Positions 56,864 to 64,000 of a stretch of 64,000 nucleotides of DNA are shown here, in pieces. A program made the position numbers and the translations under genes. Below the pieces are notes generated by a model, which did not search any database, was not told the DNA's origin, and worked only from the letters and a program-made list of their open reading frames with translations. Numbering within the stretch: position 1 is the first letter of the stretch; each line of letters begins with the position of its first letter. Origin of the DNA: an uncultured virus (IMG/VR IMGVR_UViG_3300015244_001911) (Duplodnaviria > Heunggongvirae > Uroviricota > Caudoviricetes); IMG/VR virus record IMGVR_UViG_3300015244_001911, positions 1-64,000 of that record. One strand, given 5' to 3'.

Positions 56864-58279
56864 ATGTGCGGAATACTATTAACAACTAGAGGTAAATCTA
56901 AGCCTGAAATATTAGATTCAATTAAGCATAGGGGAATAGAAAGCTCCAAGGAAACATTTCCTGGACCTACCGAAGTCACATTGTGCCACCACAGGCTACC
57001 CATACAGACACTCGATGGTGATGACTGGAATCAGCCGATCGAGCTATCCGAAGGGGTTTATCTGATGTTTAATGGTGAGATCTTTAATTATGACACCAAT
57101 CTATTTGAATCTGATACCGAATATCTCTGTAATTTATTTTCGAAATATCAGGGAGGAAATATAGAATTCTTTGCTGCAATGTATGTTCCCCATATTGTAA
57201 AATGGGATGGATTTTGGGCGATTGTAATCTATAACTCAAAAACTGGTGATGTTATCTCTTTCACGGATCCACTTGGAAAGAAATGCCTTTATCGAAATGA
57301 GCTTGGTGAGATCTGTTCTGAGATAAAGGGTCTTTATACTCAGCACTCCGATATAGATCAAAAGTTTATCAGCTCTGTTCGGAAATGGGGATATAACAAG
57401 GATAACAGAACAGCTTACACCAATATAAAAAGATTACTACCTAATAACATCTACTCTCATAATATAAATTCTCCGATGTTCGAGAGCATTTATCCCGAGT
57501 ATTACCGAGCATGGGATCTTCCAATCCCTGAATTGAAAGATGCTGATTATGAAGCACACATTAATTGGCTTTGGGATAAGATGTTCGAGAGTGTTGGAAA
57601 TAGATTGGTTTCTAGAAACTATCCCATCTCCATATTAGTATCTGGCGGACTTGATTCGTCTATTATAGCTGCCGTATTAAAAGAGATGGAAGCTAAAGTA
57701 AAATGGTTTAGTATAGAGAATGGAGAAACCCCCTTTATTAATGATTTAAGCGCTCATTTAGACACTCCTGTGACTTTCCTAGACTATGATATGGATTCGG
57801 AGAAAAACGGTCTTATATACGCTCTATGGAACGAAAGTCCGATAGATTTAGGTTCTGTTATACCCCAGTATCATCTTTTTGAAGCAATACGCAAAAATAC
57901 TGACTATAGGATAGTTATAAGTGGGGATGGATCGGATGAGCTTTTTGGTGGATATTCAAGGATCCATGAATATGATTCACAAAAATCTGATACATTTGAG
58001 GAGCTTCCATTCTATCATTTACCTAGATTGGACAAGATGTCAATGGCACACACTTTGGAGCTAAGGAGTCCTTTCCTAAATCTAGATATCGTTAGATTTG
58101 CTATGCACCTGCCTCTTGAATGGAGAAAAGATAAGAAAATACTAAAAGACACATTTGGTCCAATGCTTCCTGAGTCCATAGTTAATCGAAAAAAAGAGGC
58201 TCTTAAGAATCCTGAAATTAAAGAGGATAAACTGGCATATCGTCAGAAAGCGGTGGACCTTTTCTTATCTATTGCTTGA
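56864..58279 (+). CDS. Asparagine synthetase B-like glutamine amidotransferase
   Basis: MCGI, HRG, FNGEIFN, SDTE, SGGLDSS, SGDGSDELFGGY and ELRSPFL motifs. Confidence 0.9.
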   Translation: MCGILLTTRGKSKPEILDSIKHRGIESSKETFPGPTEVTLCHHRLPIQTLDGDDWNQPIELSEGVYLMFNGEIFNYDTNLFESDTEYLCNLFSKYQGGNIEFFAAMYVPHIVKWDGFWAIVIYNSKTGDVISFTDPLGKKCLYRNELGEICSEIKGLYTQHSDIDQKFISSVRKWGYNKDNRTAYTNIKRLLPNNIYSHNINSPMFESIYPEYYRAWDLPIPELKDADYEAHINWLWDKMFESVGNRLVSRNYPISILVSGGLDSSIIAAVLKEMEAKVKWFSIENGETPFINDLSAHLDTPVTFLDYDMDSEKNGLIYALWNESPIDLGSVIPQYHLFEAIRKNTDYRIVISGDGSDELFGGYSRIHEYDSQKSDTFEELPFYHLPRLDKMSMAHTLELRSPFLNLDIVRFAMHLPLEWRKDKKILKDTFGPMLPESIVNRKKEALKNPEIKEDKLAYRQKAVDLFLSIA

Positions 58280-58332
58280 TATTAGAATATTAAGATCTTC
58301 CTTGGATATATAGTTTAAATAATTTCATAGGA

Positions 58333-59001
58333 ATGTCAAAAATAAAAAAATTCGAAGATTTTTCATATGAGTCTGAACCTATCCAGGAGGGCTTCATGGA
58401 TGATGTCACTGGTGTAATTGGAAAAATGATCCCATTCCTAGGCACGGGGTTCATTAAGACTGTTAAACAGAAATTAGCAGCTACCCTGCTTGAAAAACTA
58501 GGTATCCTTGAAAATTCAGCAGCTTCTGTGATTGTGCAGGAATTAGTTGACTCGATAGAACTGAAAGAAATGCCAGGCCTATTGACAGGAGAAAATGCAA
58601 ATGCCGAATTTTTGGCACCAAGATTAGCTCAGGCTGTACAGGAATATATTCAAAGAAAAGGTTTCGATTCTCTATATGTTCCGTTTGGTATAGATCCTAA
58701 TGGATGGTTAGCTTCAACCATAAGAGAAAGCTTCCAAGAAGAGATTGGTAAGGAGAGATTAACTGCTTTCTTCCTAAGAGCACTTGGAGGTGAATCGGTA
58801 GGAAAGGATGTTTTAAATAAACTGGATCCTAAAAGCAAAGAGCAATTCAAAGACGCACTAACGCAGCAATTAGCTAAAGAATATCCAATTAAGGGCAAGG
58901 AAGGTTCAGGATCTTCTCAATCAGGAGGATTTATGGATACACTCGGAGCAATCTGGGATGGATTTGCAGGTGGAGCAAAAGAAGTAAAAGCTGGATCTTA
59001 A
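58333..59001 (+). CDS. Putative internal head protein
   Basis: Late promoter at 58305; MSKIKKFEDF...IQE N-terminus. Confidence 0.65.
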   Translation: MSKIKKFEDFSYESEPIQEGFMDDVTGVIGKMIPFLGTGFIKTVKQKLAATLLEKLGILENSAASVIVQELVDSIELKEMPGLLTGENANAEFLAPRLAQAVQEYIQRKGFDSLYVPFGIDPNGWLASTIRESFQEEIGKERLTAFFLRALGGESVGKDVLNKLDPKSKEQFKDALTQQLAKEYPIKGKEGSGSSQSGGFMDTLGAIWDGFAGGAKEVKAGS

Positions 59002-59016
59002 TAAAAAATTTTCAAT

Positions 59017-59355
59017 ATGAATCAACAAAACGTAGCAAAAAGAGAAATCTTAGATTATAAACAATTTTTAGGTAAGGTTCATGACGATACCTATAAACCA
59101 TTTTCTCCCGAGAATCAAACCCCTCAGCCAGAGAAAACTGGTCTTTCTAAGATAACAAGAGAGCCTGCATATGATTATGCTGGTTACGCAGATTCAGTAT
59201 TCGGCCAACAATCTAAAGTTGATGTACCTGGATACAGAATATCCATAGGTAATCAATCAGGAACAGTTGATGCCTCTGGTGCTGCTGGTATTTTTAATAT
59301 AGGAAGTGCTAACGAATCGGAGGAATTCGAAATTAAGAAATTGAGCGATTTCTAA
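59017..59355 (+). CDS. Hypothetical protein
   Basis: 112-aa ORF; ends NES...IKKLSDF. Confidence 0.6.
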   Translation: MNQQNVAKREILDYKQFLGKVHDDTYKPFSPENQTPQPEKTGLSKITREPAYDYAGYADSVFGQQSKVDVPGYRISIGNQSGTVDASGAAGIFNIGSANESEEFEIKKLSDF

Positions 59356-59375
59356 ATTGATATATTATTAAAAAG

Positions 59376-59403
59376 AAAAAGAGAGCATCCGCTCTCTTTT
59401 TTT
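59376..59403. terminator. Bidirectional terminator between convergent genes
   Basis: AAAAAGAGAGC-ATCC-GCTCTCTTTTTTT. Confidence 0.8.
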
Positions 59404-60127
59404 ATGTTATGGTCTCTATAAATTTTTCTTTTGCCAGTTTATAGATTTCTGAGTTTTCGTCGAAATTCTCGTATATCTCTATAACATGAAGCTCCGGAGA
59501 TATCCTCTTCTCCTTTGAAAATTCATCCAATATCTCATGGTAGATGTATTCGTAGTTTAGTGAGAAAGTTTGATTCTTGAGATAGATCTTCTTGAGTACA
59601 CAAATTTCTTTATCTCCCTCCGAAGTTTTGAGTGTGACTGATCCTTGCCAATAATATGATATGATCTTATCCGTGATCATATTTCTAACTATTAGGATTC
59701 CTGAATTGAGTCTCTCCTCTGAACTTGCGTTCAATTTTGATTTAACCTTGAATATACGGATTTTAGATTCCTCTTCCTTTAATATTTCCAGACAAACCTC
59801 AGAGTACCCATACAGAGTCTCCAGTGAGGATTCTATTATATGATTTAATGTTGATCTGTCATCATCCTCAAGATCTTCAAATTTAAATTTTTTGACATAT
59901 TCCTTTTCTTCCGACTTAAGTTGTCTTATGATGGATGGGTTGATGACCTTGGTGTCTTTAAATTCGTTTAGTGATTTTATAATCTGTGAAACGGCTCTTA
60001 ATGTGGAATAGCAATTCCCCGAATCCAGGTCTTTGCTTATTGATTTTAGATAATCTAATAAAACGTACTCTTTGTGCTCCGGGTCTATTGGATCTTTTAT
60101 GAACCAAATTGGGCTTATATTCTTCAT
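59402..60127 (-). CDS. Hypothetical protein (only convincing minus-strand gene)
   Basis: 241-aa ORF with no competing + ORF; convergent terminator. Confidence 0.75.
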   Translation of the reverse strand: MKNISPIWFIKDPIDPEHKEYVLLDYLKSISKDLDSGNCYSTLRAVSQIIKSLNEFKDTKVINPSIIRQLKSEEKEYVKKFKFEDLEDDDRSTLNHIIESSLETLYGYSEVCLEILKEEESKIRIFKVKSKLNASSEERLNSGILIVRNMITDKIISYYWQGSVTLKTSEGDKEICVLKKIYLKNQTFSLNYEYIYHEILDEFSKEKRISPELHVIEIYENFDENSEIYKLAKEKFIETIT

Positions 60128-60217
60128 ATTCCGACTTTTTTAAAAAAACATGCTTCTATTATATATTTGAAACATAAAAATGTTACAAAAGGATATATAG
60201 AATAAATAAAAAAATAA

Positions 60218-60667
60218 ATGTCAAGAATATACGATTATACTGCATTCTCAGGAAACTCCAGAAAGGGAGGTAATTCCAACGACTATTCATTCGGTATTGA
60301 TATGAAATATGTTGATATTGATATTTTTGGTAAACCCGAGGAATACGAGGAACTTTCCGATTGTAAGGCTTTTATAGAATACTCCGTTGATTTAATTGTG
60401 AAAAGGGGTGGTATAGATAGTCTAATATTCAATGTTAATTCAATAGAATTTGAGTTTTCTGTTGATGATTATCCTAACGGGTCTAAGGAGTTTGATATCG
60501 ATCTGATCCCGGGTAAGACTGTAGATTACAACCAGATAAAAACGGAAGTTCATGATAGTGCTATTCCAACATATCCGGACAAACTAGAGATCAATATGAA
60601 CAAATCAACTGACCCTAGAAACTTCGATATTACCGTGTATTTTGGTAACGACGTGAAATATAGATAA
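60218..60667 (+). CDS. Hypothetical late protein
   Basis: GATATATA at 60192. Confidence 0.65.
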   Translation: MSRIYDYTAFSGNSRKGGNSNDYSFGIDMKYVDIDIFGKPEEYEELSDCKAFIEYSVDLIVKRGGIDSLIFNVNSIEFEFSVDDYPNGSKEFDIDLIPGKTVDYNQIKTEVHDSAIPTYPDKLEINMNKSTDPRNFDITVYFGNDVKYR

Positions 60668-60669
60668 CT

Positions 60670-61626
60670 ATGAGAATTTTAAAATTTAATGAATTTTACA
60701 TAAATGAAAGCGAAAGCGAAGTAGTTGCATATGAAGTTCCCGATGTGAAAAACATCATGGATGACGGATATGAGATATCAGCTGAATCTTTTTTAGACAC
60801 TGAATCTACACCACCCACCGGTAAAATATTAGTGACAAAGGATGGAGATAACTCGATAACTATATCATTTTGCGATAGATTCGGAAAGATGGATAACCAG
60901 CTAAATATATCAAAGGATTCTGTAAAGATCACTAAAAATTCGGATGATGAATATACCATAAAGGTGGATCCGAATCTTAGATGGCTAAACACCGGAAACA
61001 ACCGTGACAATCTGGAGGATTTTATCGAGGAATTTGTTAATTGTAAAATGGACACTGAAACATATGGTACTAGACTTAAGGACGGTATTAAAGACGATGT
61101 ATATTTTATAATGGATGCCATGGGGATACCTTGTGAAGTTACTGAATTTCAAAAACTAGAGGACGATAACAAATACGAGGTCACATTGGATAATGGAATG
61201 GTAATAGATGCTAAAAAGAGAACATCGGATGACCTGGTTGGAAATTTTGACATCTACAAGAAGCATTCAGACATATACCCATCAGTTTCTATAAAGAGCG
61301 ACAGTGGAAAGATGCTGTTTACTTTTAAACCTGAAGAAATGGATCCCGTTGAAATAGAATCAAATATTACGGAGATAGGTAAGGACGATTACCTAAATTA
61401 TCTTCTTAAAAAATCTCTAGGTGTAGATAGCACCATTGACGAGGAGAGATTATACAATCACTTTGTTAAATCCATAGAGGATCATGGAGAATATTCCGAT
61501 GACGACGGCGATGAAATGCAGGAAAGAGGAAGAGCATCTGCTAAGCGGATAAAGGACCTTAAGAAATTGATATCCTCATTTCTTCCCGAGAGCAAAATAC
61601 GGGAGATATATCCAGATAAGAATTAA
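60670..61626 (+). CDS. Acidic putative internal head protein
   Basis: MRILKFNEFYINES N-terminus. Confidence 0.65.
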   Translation: MRILKFNEFYINESESEVVAYEVPDVKNIMDDGYEISAESFLDTESTPPTGKILVTKDGDNSITISFCDRFGKMDNQLNISKDSVKITKNSDDEYTIKVDPNLRWLNTGNNRDNLEDFIEEFVNCKMDTETYGTRLKDGIKDDVYFIMDAMGIPCEVTEFQKLEDDNKYEVTLDNGMVIDAKKRTSDDLVGNFDIYKKHSDIYPSVSIKSDSGKMLFTFKPEEMDPVEIESNITEIGKDDYLNYLLKKSLGVDSTIDEERLYNHFVKSIEDHGEYSDDDGDEMQERGRASAKRIKDLKKLISSFLPESKIREIYPDKN

Positions 61627-61648
61627 ATCGATACGCGACGAAACAAAG

Positions 61649-61682
61649 ACCATCCTAGATTCTACAATTTAGGATGGTTTTT
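61649..61682 (+). terminator. Probable terminator hairpin
   Basis: ACCATCCTAGAT...ATTTAGGATGGT followed by Ts. Confidence 0.6.
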
Positions 61683-61717
61683 AATGTGGGGTGCTGTCAA
61701 GTTTTTTAGTAAAACCA

Positions 61718-61745
61718 GAAACAATCCACTTTAAAAAATGTAAAA
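61718..61745 (+). promoter_or_regulatory. Putative middle promoter GAAAC-N17-GTAAAA
   Basis: Conserved 17-nt spacer. Confidence 0.65.
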
Positions 61746-61754
61746 TATATAAAG

Positions 61755-62423
61755 ATGCGTGATCTGATTGCTCTTTTATTTGGTAAAAACAAAAAAAGTA
61801 AAAAAATGGATATAACAGAAAAGAATCTGGATGAAGCTAGAGCTATGTATGCAGGTATGGACTTTCAATGGATTAAGGGTGACGATGCCCTTTCTATCGA
61901 GACCTTTAAATCGATGAGTTTAAATGGTGAGACTGCCTTTATAGAATTCACTAGCGGGAAGAGAATCAACCTTGATCTCTTGGAGGAGTTCATGACATAT
62001 TTCCCCTCACAACCCAAAGCTCCCGCACCGGTAGCAATTGAAACTGTGACCCATCAGGAGCCAAGAGTTTCCAGAGTTACTGAAGTTGTTTATCAGGATC
62101 ATTCATCGGGAATGGCTGATGTTGACTCACCGATATATAAGCTACTAAGAAAGCAAAAGAAGAACATCGTGGAAGTTTCGATTAAGATGAAGCTTAATCT
62201 TCCTCCCAAGGAACTTTATGGGGTTCTTTCCACTTCTTTCGAGGATGCCGATAATGAGATTATAAATTTTGTTTTGGATGGTGTTGACATTGACGATATT
62301 AAAGCGTCACTGGCAGAGTCCATTAAAAAATCATACTACTCAATCGGTAGCAAACAGGAACTAGAAAAAACTGTAAGCACTAAATCAAACAGAAAAAATT
62401 CTACAAGTAGCCATGAAGAATAA
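61755..62423 (+). CDS. Hypothetical protein (alternative start 61806)
   Basis: 222-aa ORF. Confidence 0.65.
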   Translation: MRDLIALLFGKNKKSKKMDITEKNLDEARAMYAGMDFQWIKGDDALSIETFKSMSLNGETAFIEFTSGKRINLDLLEEFMTYFPSQPKAPAPVAIETVTHQEPRVSRVTEVVYQDHSSGMADVDSPIYKLLRKQKKNIVEVSIKMKLNLPPKELYGVLSTSFEDADNEIINFVLDGVDIDDIKASLAESIKKSYYSIGSKQELEKTVSTKSNRKNSTSSHEE

Positions 62424-62997
62424 GGAAAAAGTTTTATTAAATACCCCAAAATTTAATGTGGTCGAGAGAGGCAATAAGGCAGGTATAGTTTCAAGTGTTG
62501 AAACCGTTATGCTTCTCCCTTTCATAGCCGATGATAATGGACTACCTTTAATGTTGGGAGTTCTGAAAGAAAGAAATCTTTTCAGGGAAGGCGGATATTG
62601 TCTAAGCCTAATCACGGGAACGTGCGAGGAGGAAGACCCAGATTATCTACAAACCGCAAAAAGGGAGCTGAAGGAGGAATCTGGGTATGACGTTCCTGAT
62701 AATACTAAGTGGTATTTTTTAGGAACAGTTACAGCTACCAAGTTTGTTGAAAAAGAATATCCATGCTTTGCTATTGATGTTACCGGTATCGAGAAGGGCG
62801 AACCTGAAACCGACGGGTCTGAACAGGAGGCATTATCATCTTTTCATTTTATACCCGCTAATGACGTTGTTAAATCCAAGGATGTTTTTATACCTGCTCT
62901 TTTTCTTAAACTTTTTAAGTTTGTTGTTGGTATGGATCTTTATAACAGAGACGATTCTGTTTTCTCTAAAACCAAAGGATTTACAGCAGATATCTAA
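62413..62997 (+). CDS. NUDIX hydrolase
   Basis: Nudix box GTCEEEDPDYLQTAKRELKEESG. Confidence 0.85.
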   Translation: MKNKEKVLLNTPKFNVVERGNKAGIVSSVETVMLLPFIADDNGLPLMLGVLKERNLFREGGYCLSLITGTCEEEDPDYLQTAKRELKEESGYDVPDNTKWYFLGTVTATKFVEKEYPCFAIDVTGIEKGEPETDGSEQEALSSFHFIPANDVVKSKDVFIPALFLKLFKFVVGMDLYNRDDSVFSKTKGFTADI

Positions 62998-63009
62998 TAT
63001 TTTTATTTT

Positions 63010-63309
63010 ATGAGTAACAGAAGAGAAAGAAGGCAGATTTTAAAAAAAATGGGGTTGCTTAGCGAGACCAAAATGAATGGGGCTTCATTAGGAGATTCCA
63101 TCGAAATGGGAAGAAATAAGCATCGTCAGCATCTACAAAGAGTAAAAAATGATCTAATTAAGCAGGAGAAGGAAAGATCAGGCCAGGAACAAGATACAAA
63201 TGAAGTTTTTTACTACAGAAACCAGTCAAACGAGTATTCTTCATTGCAATCTCTCCTGCTGAATAGAAATTGGAAAAACTTCGAATCTAACGAAGACAAT
63301 GCAGAGTAA
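63010..63309 (+). CDS. Hypothetical protein
   Basis: 99-aa ORF starting MSNRRERR. Confidence 0.6.
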   Translation: MSNRRERRQILKKMGLLSETKMNGASLGDSIEMGRNKHRQHLQRVKNDLIKQEKERSGQEQDTNEVFYYRNQSNEYSSLQSLLLNRNWKNFESNEDNAE

Positions 63310-63628
63310 GACTAAAATAAACTTCCACATATCGAGATACTCTCCGAAAGAAGCCAAAAAAAGAGCAATTGATGGGTGTGACTTCTATGTGGTCGACATC
63401 TCCAAAATTATAAGAGAATTGGGATATGAAACGGAGAACCTCTCAGATGAATCCGAATTTATAATAAACTACACTATTCGCAAGAAAATCCTACAAGGAA
63501 TATATAGTACAAAGTGTGACGGTATACTTGTGTGCTATAAGAGTCTATCCCAGGACTTTCTCGAAAATCTCGAAAATTTCTTGGAAGAACACTCGGAGGA
63601 ATTTGAGTATGCCATTCACAGTCTTTAA
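63299..63628 (+). CDS. Hypothetical protein
   Basis: 109-aa ORF coupled to the previous gene. Confidence 0.6.
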   Translation: MQSKTKINFHISRYSPKEAKKRAIDGCDFYVVDISKIIRELGYETENLSDESEFIINYTIRKKILQGIYSTKCDGILVCYKSLSQDFLENLENFLEEHSEEFEYAIHSL

Positions 63629-63647
63629 AAAAAAGATTGAATGGTAA

Positions 63648-64000
63648 ATGCCAAGTAACGGACCTAGTCAACAAGAGCTTCTCTTAAAACAGAACACATC
63701 CGATGTTGTAAATCGTAACAGTAACCTTGGATCTAATAATCCTTTTAAAGGTCCCACTGCGAGAAGCCTTTTCTATGAAGGTGCTAAAAGAAATCCTAGT
63801 AAATATGGACAGTACCTGTTCTATTCTCTGGGTAAGAACGACAACAACTTCGTTGACTCTTATTATAAATCAGAAAACGCTGACAATAATAGAAAAGTAT
63901 CATCTCTAAAATCTAAAAATCCTTCCGCTGGATATCTGGTGAGAGAAACAGCCGATCTTGAGGCTGTTAGCTCAGAAGCCGGACAGAGAATAGGAGGATT
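63648..64000 (+). CDS. Hypothetical protein, 3'-truncated by window end
   Basis: ATG at 63648 opens a frame (MPSNGPSQQELL...) with no stop before the end; missing from the ORF track. Confidence 0.7.
   Translation, partial: MPSNGPSQQELLLKQNTSDVVNRNSNLGSNNPFKGPTARSLFYEGAKRNPSKYGQYLFYSLGKNDNNFVDSYYKSENADNNRKVSSLKSKNPSAGYLVRETADLEAVSSEAGQRIGG

Noticed and set aside
63727..63909. 60-aa ORF in the track
   Set aside because: Overlapped by the longer open frame from ATG 63648 to the window end
1..64000. Stop-codon reassignment as in some large phages
   Set aside because: Core genes are full length in code 11, and TAG/TGA end genes at sensible positions
1..64000. tRNA or other structured RNA genes
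   Set aside because: Intergenic gaps are short and explained by promoters and terminators; no cloverleaf noticed by eye, though tRNAscan/Infernal was not run

Overview
A 64 kb slice of a large T4-like (myovirus) phage genome in standard code 11, with almost every gene on the + strand. TAnnTTTG promoters and A-rich leaders without Shine-Dalgarno sites point to a Bacteroidota host. In order, it holds: the end of a Ser/Gly-rich collagen-like tail fibre with an S74 chaperone; a modification cluster (four DxD GT-A-like proteins, a radical SAM enzyme with an atypical Cys motif, two 2OG-Fe(II) oxygenases, a GT4, and an Aah/TibC-type iron-finger protein O-heptosyltransferase); neck, terminases, sheath, two tail tubes, baseplate hub and a tape-measure-like protein; dCMP deaminase, an ECF-like sigma and a gp55-like late sigma; two complete tandem portal genes; a heptose-7-phosphate kinase; replication/repair genes; a protease-scaffold fusion; the major capsid protein; a family of putative internal head proteins; and a P-loop kinase/AsnB-like pair. 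The leading hypothesis is a phage-encoded system that heptosylates or glycosylates its own virion, with G-x-T-G-rich insertions in sheath and capsid as candidate acceptor sites. Other notable signals are a three-tier promoter system (host-type TAnnTTTG, GAAAC-N17-STAHAA, GATATATA), two candidate programmed frameshifts, the duplicated portals with identical C-termini, and a probably catalytically dead UvsE. All product calls come from motif recognition by eye; no searches were run.
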